Positions 48,612-58,388 are shown, counted from the first letter of the stretch. The stretch: 64,000 bases of DNA from Alphaproteobacteria bacterium (GCA_965232515.1 CBDDPY010000002.1:4672001-4736000); one strand, 5' to 3'. Made by a program: numbers and translations. The notes: generated by a model from the sequence alone, not told the origin.

Positions 48612-48673
48612 CGCCAATGATTGTCCGCGTCTGTTGCCGCAGCGGCTAATCCATCTTGAAGCAAACGATACCG

Positions 48674-48832
48674 TCAGAGAATCCGCAGATGCTCGACAGC
48701 GTGCCTGATGGCATCGTCGCACCGCTGTCGGTCTGACACAGCATCGTCGCTCGGCGTTGCTCGTCCGGTGCCGATTTCATTTTCCAGGATGTCGCGCAGA
48801 TCCTGGAGTGCGTCGAGTGCGGCTTGAAGCAT
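48674..48832 (-). CDS. 52-aa hypothetical helical protein (not in ORF track)
   Basis: ATG 15 nt after the stop of 48848-49297. Translation MLQAALDALQDLRDILENEIGTGRATPSDDAVSDRQRCDDAIRHAVEHLRIL. Confidence 0.45.
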   Translation of the reverse strand: MLQAALDALQDLRDILENEIGTGRATPSDDAVSDRQRCDDAIRHAVEHLRIL

Positions 48833-48847
48833 GATCGCTGTCCGATG

Positions 48848-49297
48848 TTACCGGGCTGGAGCGGACTGGCGGGTCAGATACGGCAAGCTGAGCCCGCCGG
48901 CCGACATTGCCTCGGCAATGGTCTGAACAAGCGCCCGCGACAGCGCTTGCGATGAGCGGGGCAGCAACCAGGCGAGGTGAAGAGAGGTCCGCCCCGGCAT
49001 TGCCGATTGCGCCGCCGCAATCGCCTGAAGAATCTGCCGCTCATCGGCCGTCGCCTGGGATTGGCATGGCGGACCCAGGCTGAGCTGCCGGCGGCCGTGC
49101 CGAGCCAGTTGATGCAACAATCTTCGCAGGGCGATGTGGGTCCGCGTGCCGCCGGTCTCGCCGACGACATCCCGCAGGGTATGCACGACGACCCGCGTGT
49201 CGCCGCAGGCGAACGCGCATCTGCGTAAGGACCATAGGAGAAGCCGCTCACCGTTGTCGAAAGCGAACGGTATCGGCTCAGGCTGGATCTGCGGCAT
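48848..49297 (-). CDS. Hypothetical protein, paralog of the divergent neighbour
   Basis: ERLLLWSLR...PPCQSQATADERQILQAIAAAQ..LAWLLP. Confidence 0.7.
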   Translation of the reverse strand: MPQIQPEPIPFAFDNGERLLLWSLRRCAFACGDTRVVVHTLRDVVGETGGTRTHIALRRLLHQLARHGRRQLSLGPPCQSQATADERQILQAIAAAQSAMPGRTSLHLAWLLPRSSQALSRALVQTIAEAMSAGGLSLPYLTRQSAPAR

Positions 49298-49337
49298 CAA
49301 TTCGACTTCCGTCGGTCTTGGTCGGTAACAACATATT

Positions 49338-49356
49338 AATGCGAATGATTTGCAAT
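49338..49356. promoter_or_regulatory. Fur-box-like 9-1-9 palindrome
   Basis: AATGCGAAT-G-ATTTGCAAT (7/9 symmetric) in the intergenic region of the divergent pair. Confidence 0.55.
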
Positions 49357-49432
49357 CTCAAATCAGAAATGACATTCTCCCGATGCCGGTGTCCAACTCA
49401 CACTGGCGGGGCTCGTCAACGAAAGGTGCGAG

Positions 49433-49933
49433 ATGATGTCGCCAGGCTACGCGACGCTTGCGGTTCCGGAACTCGAGACCGCCGAGCAATTTACCCTTTG
49501 GGCGATTCGCTCATGGGTCGAAGCCCACAAAGCGTCGACAACGATATTCGACCGGCTGGCAAAGGGGTTCGATCTGGCGGGCGTGCCGGACGGGCTGTTC
49601 GCGCTGGACGAAATGCTATCGGTTATTGCCGCGTCGTCCTGTGTGCAGATCGATGTACGTTGCGTGCGTTGCCAGTCCATCGGCGATGGCGAAAGCGCGA
49701 TGCTGAAGATCCTCATCGCCGCTCAGGCTGGTCGCCTGACATCCGTACGCGATGGCTTCGCAAACTGGCTGCCGCCCGCGGCCGTTCGGCTGGCCGCCGA
49801 TGCCGCGCGCAGATTTGCCGCTTCGCTCTGGTCCGCGGGTATGGTTTTGCCCTCGCGCCAGCAGTTGCCCGTCGCCCTGCCACGGACATCGATCAGCCAT
49901 TGTCCTGATCCCGGCATCCGACTGCGCCAATAA
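49433..49933 (+). CDS. Hypothetical protein, paralog of the divergent neighbour
   Basis: EQFTLWAIR...RCVRCQSIGDGESAMLKILIAAQ..FANWLP. Confidence 0.7.
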   Translation: MMSPGYATLAVPELETAEQFTLWAIRSWVEAHKASTTIFDRLAKGFDLAGVPDGLFALDEMLSVIAASSCVQIDVRCVRCQSIGDGESAMLKILIAAQAGRLTSVRDGFANWLPPAAVRLAADAARRFAASLWSAGMVLPSRQQLPVALPRTSISHCPDPGIRLRQ

Positions 49934-49942
49934 CGGCGCCGA

Positions 49943-50248
49943 TCAGTCGTAGCCGAACAGCCAGCGCGTCGTGCCGGGGTGCGCGTTACGCACCGAGTGG
50001 TTGGCGCCGCGGGGAATGAACACCTCGTCTCCCGGCTCTGCCCGCACGGTCTCGCCGGCGACTTCTAGTTCCAAGGCGCCTTCGAGCACGGTCACCAACT
50101 CGTTGGTGGCGTGCACGAAGTCGTTCCATGCCTGGCCCGGCGGATCGACGAACTCGTGGCAGGAATAGCCGCGTGCCGCCCAGTCCCGTGCGACGGCATC
50201 GCGGTTCAGTGGCGTCGCGAACTTCGTCGCCGTGATCAGGTTTGTCAT
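49943..50248 (-). CDS. Cupin domain protein
   Basis: FVH..NELVTVLEG..PGDEVFIPRGANHSV. Confidence 0.85.
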   Translation of the reverse strand: MTNLITATKFATPLNRDAVARDWAARGYSCHEFVDPPGQAWNDFVHATNELVTVLEGALELEVAGETVRAEPGDEVFIPRGANHSVRNAHPGTTRWLFGYD

Positions 50249-50631
50249 CACGCCTCCAATCGTTCGACCCGCACCGCCGCGCCGGCCCGCACGTCGGCGA
50301 GCTTCCTTACGTCGTCCAGCGCGCGGCCCCAGATGTTGGTCGGCGCGGCCAGACGGATCTCATCGCCCTGGCTGATCGGCGTCGGTCCGAAGCCGATCGC
50401 GATGCTGTCGCCTTCCACCCAGAAGGCGAGCTCGCCAGCGTCGACGATGGCCCGGGCGTCGGCTTCCCGGTCCAGGCTCAGCGGCGTCGAGAAGTAGACC
50501 TCCTCGCCCCAGATCTGCGCCGAGGAGTCGAACGGTGATCCCTCGTAGATGGCGTCGGCCGTCGGTGTGTCGAACAACTCGGCCCGGATCTCGATGCCGC
50601 CAATGGTCATTTTCACGCGTCGCATGGTCAT
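50248..50631 (-). CDS. Cyclophilin-like fold protein
   Basis: TPTADAI..WGEEVYF..GELAFWVEGDSIAIGFGPTPIS. Confidence 0.85.
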   Translation of the reverse strand: MTMRRVKMTIGGIEIRAELFDTPTADAIYEGSPFDSSAQIWGEEVYFSTPLSLDREADARAIVDAGELAFWVEGDSIAIGFGPTPISQGDEIRLAAPTNIWGRALDDVRKLADVRAGAAVRVERLEA

Positions 50632-51473
50632 CTCGCTTCCGCGCTCGCCGACTGAATATGCACGTCGCGTTGCGGAAATGGAATGCTGATGCCGGCCGCG
50701 TCCAGCCGCTCCTTCGACGCCCGCCGCAAGTCGAACAGCAGGTCCCAGTAATTGTCCCGATGGGTCCAGCAGCGCATGTTCACGTTGACCGAACTGTCGG
50801 CCAGCGCCATCACCATGACCTGCGGCGGCGGCTCCGCCAGGACCCGCTCGTCCTGCGTCAACACGTCCTTCAGCACCGAGAAGGCCGTTTCGATGTCGTC
50901 GCCATAGCTGATGCCGACCTCGTGGTCGATGCGCCGCGTCGGCAGCCGTGAATAGTTCAGGATCTGCCGGCTCCAGAGCTGCGAGTTCGGCACCGATCGA
51001 TAGACGCCATCGAAGGTCTGCATCTCGGTCAGGAACAGACCGATCTCCGTGACCGTGCCGGCGATGCCCTCGGCGTCGACATAGTCGCCGACCCGGAACG
51101 GCCGCAGGAACAGCAGCATGATGCCGGCGGCGATGTTCTGCAGCGTGCCCTGCAGCGCCAGGCCGATGGCGATGCCGGCCGCGCCCAGCATGGCGATAAT
51201 GCTGGCCGTCTGCACGCCGAACTGCGCCAGGACAGCGATGATCGTCAGCACCAGGACGACATAGCGGACGATGCTGCCCAGCAGCGGCTTGAGCGTCGCG
51301 TCGACCTGCGGCACCCGGTCCAGCCCCCGCCGCACCGCCCGCTGTGCCCAGCCGGCCACGATCCAGCCGACAATCAGGATGGCGAAGGCGCCCAGCACCT
51401 CCAGGCCATAGGTCACGGCCAGGTCGGTAATCCGGGCAACGGCCTGTTCGAGCTGCTTTTCCATTTCAGGCAT
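50628..51473 (-). CDS. Small-conductance mechanosensitive channel (MscS family)
   Basis: GAAGIAIGLALQGTLQNIAAG..RPFRVGD..VPN..GISIPFPQRDVH. Confidence 0.93.
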   Translation of the reverse strand: MPEMEKQLEQAVARITDLAVTYGLEVLGAFAILIVGWIVAGWAQRAVRRGLDRVPQVDATLKPLLGSIVRYVVLVLTIIAVLAQFGVQTASIIAMLGAAGIAIGLALQGTLQNIAAGIMLLFLRPFRVGDYVDAEGIAGTVTEIGLFLTEMQTFDGVYRSVPNSQLWSRQILNYSRLPTRRIDHEVGISYGDDIETAFSVLKDVLTQDERVLAEPPPQVMVMALADSSVNVNMRCWTHRDNYWDLLFDLRRASKERLDAAGISIPFPQRDVHIQSASAEAR

Positions 51474-51634
51474 GATCACGCACCCCCGTGACTGCTCGCG
51501 ATTGGTCGTCTCCGCTCGATAATTAGCAGCTATCGCCGTGGTCGTGCGCGGGAATAGGCCGACTCGCATGGACTCCGGTCGGGCGCTGCGGCATCATCAG
51601 CGCGCGTTAATATAGGGGTCCGGGGGCGCTGCGT

Positions 51635-52780
51635 TTGAACGCGTTCGATTTCATTGTCATCGGCGGCGGCATGGCCGGCGCCTCGGCCGCCTACGAGCTG
51701 TCGGTCCGAAGCCGGGTCGTGCTGTTGGAGCGCGAGAGCCAGCCGGGTTATCACTCGACCGGGCGTTCGGCGGCGCTCTTCTCCGAGGCCTATGGGCCGG
51801 CGCAGGTCCGGGCGCTTTCGACCGGCGGCAAGCCGTTCTTTCTCTCGCCGCCGGACGGTTTTACCGAGCACGATATCCTGACGCCGCGCGGCGCCATGTT
51901 CCTCGGCCGGCCCGACCAGGAACCGCAATTGCAGACCGTTTTCGAGGAGTCCCGTCGCCTTGTCGATACGATCCGGCGGATCGATGCGGCCGAAGCCGTG
52001 GCGCGCGTGCCGGTGCTGCGCACCGACTATGTCGGCGGCGGCGTGCTGGAACCGGACGCCATGGACATCGACGTGCATGCGCTGCACCAGGGCTATCTGA
52101 GGGGGCTGCGCGCCCGTGGCGGTACGGTCGTCACGGATGCCGAGGTTACGGAGTTGATGAAGCCCGCCGCCGACTGGCGCGTTGGCACGCGGGCGGGCGA
52201 GTTCTCGGCCCCGGTCGTGATCAACGCCGCCGGCGCCTGGGCCGATGCGGTTGGGAAACTGGCCGGCGCCGACGCCATCGGTTTGGTGCCGAAGCGGCGC
52301 ACGGCGATTTTGTTCGATCCGCCCGACGGCGTCGACAGCGATTCCTGGCCGCTGGTGGTCGACGTCGATGAAAACTTTTACTTCAAGCCGGACGCCGGCA
52401 AGTTGCTGGGCTCGCCCGCCGACGAGACGCCGGTGCCGCCATGCGACGTGCAGCCCGAGGACCTCGACGTGGCGGTCGCCGTCGATCGCATTCAGGCCGC
52501 GGCCGACCTGCCGGTAAAGCGGATCGACCATCGCTGGGCCGGGCTGCGTTCGTTCGTGCCCGACAAGACGCCGGTGGTCGGCTACGATACCAAGGTGGCC
52601 GGCTTCTTCTGGCTTGCCGGCCAGGGGGGCTACGGCATTCAGACCGCGCCCGGTCTTGGTCGGCTCGCCGCCGCGCTTGCCGCCGGCATGGTCGTACCGG
52701 CCGACCTTGCCGATCTCGGCGTCTCTGCCATTGCGCTGTCACCGGCGCGCTTGTCCTCAGGTCAGAATCGGAAGGAGTAG
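51635..52780 (+). CDS. FAD-dependent oxidoreductase, D-amino acid oxidase/dehydrogenase family
   Basis: IGGGMAGAS, GYHSTGRSAA, INAAGAWAD, WAGLRSF and AGQGGYGIQTAP motifs. Confidence 0.9.
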   Translation: MNAFDFIVIGGGMAGASAAYELSVRSRVVLLERESQPGYHSTGRSAALFSEAYGPAQVRALSTGGKPFFLSPPDGFTEHDILTPRGAMFLGRPDQEPQLQTVFEESRRLVDTIRRIDAAEAVARVPVLRTDYVGGGVLEPDAMDIDVHALHQGYLRGLRARGGTVVTDAEVTELMKPAADWRVGTRAGEFSAPVVINAAGAWADAVGKLAGADAIGLVPKRRTAILFDPPDGVDSDSWPLVVDVDENFYFKPDAGKLLGSPADETPVPPCDVQPEDLDVAVAVDRIQAAADLPVKRIDHRWAGLRSFVPDKTPVVGYDTKVAGFFWLAGQGGYGIQTAPGLGRLAAALAAGMVVPADLADLGVSAIALSPARLSSGQNRKE

Positions 52781-52784
52781 GTAG

Positions 52785-54245
52785 TTGAAAGTCTTCATCG
52801 CGACATTGGGCACGGAAACCAATACCTTCTCGCCGATTCCGACAGGCGAGCAGACCTTCGCGGAAACCATGCTGTATCGTGGCGATGCCACGCAGCACGA
52901 CGCGACGCTGTTTTCCGAGCCGCTGCATGTCTGGCGACGCATGACCGAGGAGCGCCAGGGTCAGGTGTCGGAGAGCGTTGCCGCCTTCGCGCAACCGGCC
53001 GGCAAGACCATCCAGAAGGTCTACGAGGGCTTCCGCGACGAGATCTACGACGATCTGCGCCGGGCGATGCCGGTCGACGTCGTGCTGCTGAATATGCACG
53101 GCGCCATGGTGTCGGAGGCATGCGATGACTGCGAGGGCGACCTGCTGGCGGGCGTGCGCGCCATCGTCGGTCCCGACGCGATTATCGGCGGCGAGCTCGA
53201 TCTGCATTGCCATATCACACAGCAGATGACGGAAGCCGCCGACGTCCTGATCACCTTCAAGGAATATCCGCACGTCGATGCGCCGCAGCGCGCGGCCGAG
53301 CTGTTCGAAATCTGCGCCGAGGCCGCGGCCGGCCGGGTCAAACCCGTCATTTCGGTTCACGATTGCCGCATGACGTCGATGTGGCGCACGCCGATCGAGC
53401 CCATGGCCTCGTTCGTTGCCCATATGCAGTCGCTCGAAGGCCAGGACGGCGTGCTCTCGGTGTCGTTTGGCCACGGCTTCCCGTGGGGGGACGTCGAGGA
53501 TGTGGGCGCCAAGATGGTTGTCGTGACCGACGGCGATCCGGAAAAGGGCCAGGCGCTGGCCGCCGAACTGGGCCAGAAGATCTGGGACATGCGCCTCGAG
53601 ACCGAGGGCGAGACGTTCGGCATCGACGCCGCCCTCGACCGGGGGCTCGCGGTATCCGGCGGTCCGGTGGTGATGGCCGACATTGCCGACAATGCCGGCG
53701 GCGGCGCGCCCAGCGACTCGACCTTCATCCTGAACCGCGCGCTCGAGCGCGGCATCGGCAATCTGGTCTCCGGTCTCTATTGGGATCCGGTCGCCGTGCG
53801 CTTCTGCCAGGAGGCCGGCGAAGGCGCGACCTTCGATTTGCGCATCGGCGGCAAGGTTGGGGTCGCCTCCGGCGATCCGCTCGACCTGCGGGTGACGGTG
53901 ATGAAAGCCATGCCGAAGCTGATGCAAACCTTCGGCAGCTCGACGAACCGGATCGGCGACGCCGTCTGGGTGCGGGCCGACAACGATGTCGATATCGTGC
54001 TGAACAGCGTCCGCACACAGGTCCTGCATCCCGACGCGTTCACCCAGCTCGGCATCGATCTCGCGGCGAAGAAGCTGGTGATCGTGAAATCGACCCAGCA
54101 CTTCTATGCCGGCTTCGCGCCGATCGCTGCCGAGGTCCTCTACGTCAATGCCGACGGCGCAATTCCAAAGAACTTCGCGGACATCCCGTACACCAAGCGC
54201 AAGACGGCCTATTGGCCCAAGGTCGCCGATCCCTGGACGGCCTGA
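52785..54245 (+). CDS. M81 family (MlrC-like) metallopeptidase
   Basis: ETNTFSP, MHGAMV, ELDLHCH, KEYPHVD, ADNAGGGAPSD and VKSTQHF motifs. Confidence 0.9.
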   Translation: MKVFIATLGTETNTFSPIPTGEQTFAETMLYRGDATQHDATLFSEPLHVWRRMTEERQGQVSESVAAFAQPAGKTIQKVYEGFRDEIYDDLRRAMPVDVVLLNMHGAMVSEACDDCEGDLLAGVRAIVGPDAIIGGELDLHCHITQQMTEAADVLITFKEYPHVDAPQRAAELFEICAEAAAGRVKPVISVHDCRMTSMWRTPIEPMASFVAHMQSLEGQDGVLSVSFGHGFPWGDVEDVGAKMVVVTDGDPEKGQALAAELGQKIWDMRLETEGETFGIDAALDRGLAVSGGPVVMADIADNAGGGAPSDSTFILNRALERGIGNLVSGLYWDPVAVRFCQEAGEGATFDLRIGGKVGVASGDPLDLRVTVMKAMPKLMQTFGSSTNRIGDAVWVRADNDVDIVLNSVRTQVLHPDAFTQLGIDLAAKKLVIVKSTQHFYAGFAPIAAEVLYVNADGAIPKNFADIPYTKRKTAYWPKVADPWTA

Positions 54246-54262
54246 GCCGGACGCCGACACCG

Positions 54263-55321
54263 ATGCAGCCGCACCCGTCCATGCCGCCGCCGGAGGTTGG
54301 CGGGCGCGTGCCGAACTTCACGCTGCCGCACGTCGATGGCAGCAACGCCATGTTCTACGATCGTGTGACTGGCGGTCCGGTGGTGATGCTGGTCTGCGCG
54401 TCGGCCGGCTTGCCGCCCGCGCGCGCCGTGGTCGAGGGCCTGTCAGAACGGCGTGACGCGTTCGGGCGCCACGGCACGGAGATATTCGTCGTCAGTGGCG
54501 ACGACGTCGAGGCGCACCGGCAACTGGCGGCCGTGCTCGGCCTCGAGGCGCATTTCCTCTCAGATCCGAAGAACGAAGTCCGCGTCGGTCTGCTGGCCGG
54601 GGCCGGTGATCATGGCCTCCGCACCTATGTACTGGACCCGAACCAGCGCATCCTCGCGTTGATCGACAATGGCGATCCGGCGCATCACGCCGATGGCGCG
54701 CTGGCGGCGCTTGACGCCCGGCCGGCCGTTCCAGCGCCATTGCACCTGACGACGGCGGCGCCGGTGCTGCTGTTGCAGAACGTGCTCTCGCCGGAACTCT
54801 GCGACGAATTGGTCGCGCGCTGGCAACGGGATCATGCCGAGGGCGTCGTCGGCGTGATCGTCGACGGGCGAACCGTGGACCAGCAGGTCTCGACCAAGAA
54901 GCAGAGCCTCGATCACGGCGTGACAGATCCGGCCATGGTGAAGCTGTTGTCGAGCCGGCTGGTCGCCATACTGCCGGTCGAGATGAACAAGGCGTTCTAT
55001 TTCGACGTGCCGTTCTACTTCGACACGCTGATCGTCATCGGCTACGAGGCCGGACGCGGCGACTACTTCCGCACCCACCGGGATAATTTGACGCCGCGGT
55101 CGGCGAACCGCCGCTACGCCATGTCGTTGAACCTGAACGACGACTATGACGGCGGCGAGCTGCGCTTTCCCGAATACGGTCCGCATCTCTACCGGCCAGA
55201 CAAGGGCGCCGCGGCAATTTTCTCCTGCTCGCTGTTGCACGAGGCGCTGCCCGTGACCCGGGGGCGGCGCCTGGTGCTGACGACCTTTTTCTGCGATTCC
55301 CGGCAGCGACCGCGCCAGTAG
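54263..55321 (+). CDS. Redoxin-like domain fused to a 2OG-Fe(II) oxygenase
   Basis: GGRVPNFTLP..TYVLDPNQR, then HRDN..SLNLNDDYDGGELRFPEYG..FSCSLLHEALPVTRGRR. Start trimmed from the ORF track (alternative 54281). Confidence 0.85.
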   Translation: MQPHPSMPPPEVGGRVPNFTLPHVDGSNAMFYDRVTGGPVVMLVCASAGLPPARAVVEGLSERRDAFGRHGTEIFVVSGDDVEAHRQLAAVLGLEAHFLSDPKNEVRVGLLAGAGDHGLRTYVLDPNQRILALIDNGDPAHHADGALAALDARPAVPAPLHLTTAAPVLLLQNVLSPELCDELVARWQRDHAEGVVGVIVDGRTVDQQVSTKKQSLDHGVTDPAMVKLLSSRLVAILPVEMNKAFYFDVPFYFDTLIVIGYEAGRGDYFRTHRDNLTPRSANRRYAMSLNLNDDYDGGELRFPEYGPHLYRPDKGAAAIFSCSLLHEALPVTRGRRLVLTTFFCDSRQRPRQ

Positions 55322-55342
55322 GCGCGACGCCGACGTCTGCGT

Positions 55343-56551
55343 TCAGGCCCGGGCGAGCCGAACGCTGCGTTCGTCGATTGGCCAGTGCAGCAGGGCGGAA
55401 ATCACTCCCAGCGCGACGCCGAGCCACCAGACCACGTCGTACGAGCCGGTGGCGTCGAACAGCCGGCCGCCCAGCCAGACGCCAAGGAAGCTGCCGACCT
55501 GGTGGCTGAAGAAGACGATTCCGAACAGCGTCGCCATATAGCGCGGGCCGAAGATCTGCGCCACCAGACCGCTGGTCAGCGGCACCGTCGACAGCCACAG
55601 CAGGCCCATGGCGGCAGCGAAGATCAGCACGCTGGTCTGCGTCATTGGCACCGAGATGAAGACCAGGATCACGACGGACCGTGCCGTGTAGAGGAAGCTC
55701 AGGCAGTACTTCTTGCTGAGCTTGCCGCCCAGCACGCCGGCCGTATAGGAGCCGACGATATTGAACAGGCCGACCAGCGCCAGCGCCGTTGCCGCCAGTC
55801 CCGGCAGCAGCCCGCGGTCGACGATGTAGGCCGGCATGTGCGCGGCGATGAAGGCGACGTGAAAGCCGCAGACGAAGAAACCGGCGATCAGCAGCCAGTA
55901 CCCCCGGTGCCGGCCGGCCTCCGCCAGCGCCAGCTTCAACGACTGTTCCGGCATCCCCGCCGCCGATTGCGGCCGCCCGGTCAGCGCCGCGGCCAAGGGC
56001 GCGACGGCCAGCGTCATCAGGCCGAGCAGCAACAGCGCCGTCGACCAGCCGTAGGCATCGAGAAAGGCCTGGCCCAGCGGCACCATCAGGAACTGACCCA
56101 TGCTCGCGGCGGCGGTGCCGATGCCGAACACCATCGACCGCTTTTCCTCCGGCACCGTTCGGGTCATGGCCGACAGCACGACGGCGATGCCCGATCCGGA
56201 GAGACCCAGGCCGACCAGAAGGCCGGCGGAGACGTGGAACTCGAGCGGCGCCGAGGTCTGCGACATCAGGATCGTGCCGATCGCGCACAGCAGCACGCCG
56301 CCGGCAATCGTGCGGCCCGTGCCGAACTTGTCGGCGATGGCCCCGGCGAACGGTTGCGCCGCGCCCCAGATCAGGTTCTGCAACGCGATGCCCAGCGCGA
56401 AGATCTCGCGCCCCCAGCCGAGGTCGGTCGATACCGGCTGCAGAAACAGACCGAAGGATGTCCGGGTGCCCATGCTGACAATCAGCACCAGACAGCCGGC
56501 GCCAATGACGATGAGGGGCAGGCGTGAAGGGGATCGCGCGGTGTCCGTCAC
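55343..56551 (-). CDS. MFS transporter
   Basis: SFGLFL, QNLIWG..ADKFG, GFFVCGFHVAFI and FFSHQVGSFLG motifs. Confidence 0.9.
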   Translation of the reverse strand: MTDTARSPSRLPLIVIGAGCLVLIVSMGTRTSFGLFLQPVSTDLGWGREIFALGIALQNLIWGAAQPFAGAIADKFGTGRTIAGGVLLCAIGTILMSQTSAPLEFHVSAGLLVGLGLSGSGIAVVLSAMTRTVPEEKRSMVFGIGTAAASMGQFLMVPLGQAFLDAYGWSTALLLLGLMTLAVAPLAAALTGRPQSAAGMPEQSLKLALAEAGRHRGYWLLIAGFFVCGFHVAFIAAHMPAYIVDRGLLPGLAATALALVGLFNIVGSYTAGVLGGKLSKKYCLSFLYTARSVVILVFISVPMTQTSVLIFAAAMGLLWLSTVPLTSGLVAQIFGPRYMATLFGIVFFSHQVGSFLGVWLGGRLFDATGSYDVVWWLGVALGVISALLHWPIDERSVRLARA

Positions 56552-56722
56552 CGTAGTTGACCTCGGGCGCGTTGGGGGAAAGCGAGATGTGAGTCCAGCA
56601 GACGTCATTGCATAGTCTGCGACAAACGACTTTTTCTAAACCCCGTTGTGAGAAAAACTTATCTGACGTTTGTCGGCGCGGGAACGCCGGCGGGTGGTAT
56701 CCGTGCGACAGATATTCATGCC

Positions 56723-56751
56723 TTGACATGCATGTTTAAGCATTTTATAAC
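56723..56751 (+). promoter_or_regulatory. Sigma-70 promoter of the MarR-family gene with overlapping palindrome
   Basis: TTGACA (56723-56728), 17-bp spacer, TATAAC (56746-56751). Palindrome ACATGCATGT at 56726-56735. Confidence 0.7.
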
Positions 56752-56757
56752 GATGAC

Positions 56758-57234
56758 ATGTCGCTTGTCGAGAATGTCAGCCAGCTCTCGGACAATCTGG
56801 GCTACTGGCATAACCGATTGAATCGCTTGGTCGAAACCGGCTTCGAGCGCCGATTGACGGCGTTCGGGCTGACGGTATCGCAGTGGTCCGTGATGGCCCT
56901 GCTCTTTCACGGCGAGGCGCGGACCATCGGCGAATTGGCGGACGCCTTTCCGCTCGATCAGGGCGCCGTTTCACGCCTGGTCGACAGGTTGCGAGAGAAA
57001 TCGTTGGTCGTCCGACGCCGGCATGAGACCGACCGTCGGCTGTCGATTGTCGAACTGACGGAAAAGGGCCGGGCCCTGATGCCGGACCTTGCCGCCGCCG
57101 CCGACAACAACGACGCCTCGTTCTTCGGCGTCCTCGACGACGAAGAAATTGCCGAGTACCGGCAGCTGCTCGCCAAGCTCCTGATGCATGCCGCCAGGGA
57201 GGTTACCGACCAGCCGGACCGCGACGGCCACTGA
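56758..57234 (+). CDS. MarR family transcriptional regulator
   Basis: GLTVSQWSVM..ELA..DQGAVSRLVDRL..DRR...VELTEKGR. Confidence 0.92.
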   Translation: MSLVENVSQLSDNLGYWHNRLNRLVETGFERRLTAFGLTVSQWSVMALLFHGEARTIGELADAFPLDQGAVSRLVDRLREKSLVVRRRHETDRRLSIVELTEKGRALMPDLAAAADNNDASFFGVLDDEEIAEYRQLLAKLLMHAAREVTDQPDRDGH

Positions 57235-57240
57235 CGGGAT

Positions 57241-57705
57241 TCAGGCCAACGCGTCGACGTAGCGTTGCAGAACGAATGGCCAGCCGTAGGGTGAGGCCAT
57301 GTTCGCGAGATAGGCCTGCCAGCCCTCGCCATGGCGGTCGAAATCGCGATGTTCCAGCTCGATCCGCGTGTGGCTGGCGTCGACCGGCACGAACCGCACC
57401 GCGACGGTGCTGGCCTTGGCCAGGTCCGGCTCCGGCTGCGAATCCGGCGTAATCTGCCAATGCAGGATCAAGTGATGCGGCGGATCGAAGGCTTGCACAT
57501 GCCCCCAGACCCGTTCGATCCCGTCCTCCCGCCGCTCGATACAGCGGCCACCCGTTTTGGGTTCGATTTCAATGACGCCCAGCCGTTCCCGCGACCAGGT
57601 GTATTCCTGCGGCCACCAGGCCTGAAACGACTCGACGAAAAACTGAAAGGCTTTGTCCTGCGGCAGGGCGACCGCCACCTGATGTAGAACGCTGTCACTT
57701 GGCAT
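57241..57705 (-). CDS. SRPBCC (AHSA1-like) domain protein
   Basis: AF..F...WWP..EPKTGGR..WG.V..FDPP..TRIELEHRDFDRHG..GW. Start trimmed. Confidence 0.85.
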   Translation of the reverse strand: MPSDSVLHQVAVALPQDKAFQFFVESFQAWWPQEYTWSRERLGVIEIEPKTGGRCIERREDGIERVWGHVQAFDPPHHLILHWQITPDSQPEPDLAKASTVAVRFVPVDASHTRIELEHRDFDRHGEGWQAYLANMASPYGWPFVLQRYVDALA

Positions 57706-57882
57706 TGCTGGGACCTCGGAAGAACGCTTACAGTCGAAGAAAATTAGGCGGTTCCGGGCATTTTCAATGCCCTGCTGCGGTCGCCGCCTCGATTCATTCG
57801 GTGGCATTGTTGGTGTAGGTTGCGCCCGACGGGCCGTTTGAAGAGGCGGGTTTTGCCCGCTTGCGATCGGGGGAGGTCTACC

Positions 57883-58377
57883 GTGCGCGCCTATTTCGTC
57901 AAGCTTGCGAATTACAACCGTTGGGCCAACGAGCAGATCTACGACGCCGCCGCGTCCCTGCCGGCGGACGCCTATTTCCAGGATCGCGCCGCCTTTTTCA
58001 CCTCGATCCACGGCACGCTGAACCATATTCTCGTCGGCGACCGCGTCTGGCTGAATCGCCTGACCGGTGGCCAGGGCCCAAGACCGCAACGCCTGGATGA
58101 AATCCTTTACGACAATCTCGATGACCTGCACGTGGCGCGGCAGGCCGAAGACGGCAGGATCGTCGACGTCATGTCGGGCTTCAGCGACGCGGAATTGCCG
58201 GCGCCGTTCAGCTACAAGAACATGGCCGGTACGCCGCAGGAGAAGCCGCTGATGGTCGTGCTGGGCCATTTCTTCAATCATCAGACCCATCATCGCGGCC
58301 AAGTGCACGACATGCTCAGCCAGGCCGGCATCGAACCGCCGCCCCTCGACCTGATCTACTTTCCCGGCCTCGATTAG
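57883..58377 (+). CDS. DinB family protein
   Basis: YNRWAN, FFTSIHGTLNHILVGD and HFFNHQTHHRGQ motifs. GGAGG RBS before GTG. Confidence 0.92.
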   Translation: MRAYFVKLANYNRWANEQIYDAAASLPADAYFQDRAAFFTSIHGTLNHILVGDRVWLNRLTGGQGPRPQRLDEILYDNLDDLHVARQAEDGRIVDVMSGFSDAELPAPFSYKNMAGTPQEKPLMVVLGHFFNHQTHHRGQVHDMLSQAGIEPPPLDLIYFPGLD

Positions 58378-58388
58378 CCCGTTCCGAT

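Noticed and set aside
53207-54262. 704-aa ORF as one long protein
   Set aside because: The 5' half is a shadow frame over the M81 peptidase. Real coding signal starts at about 54263.
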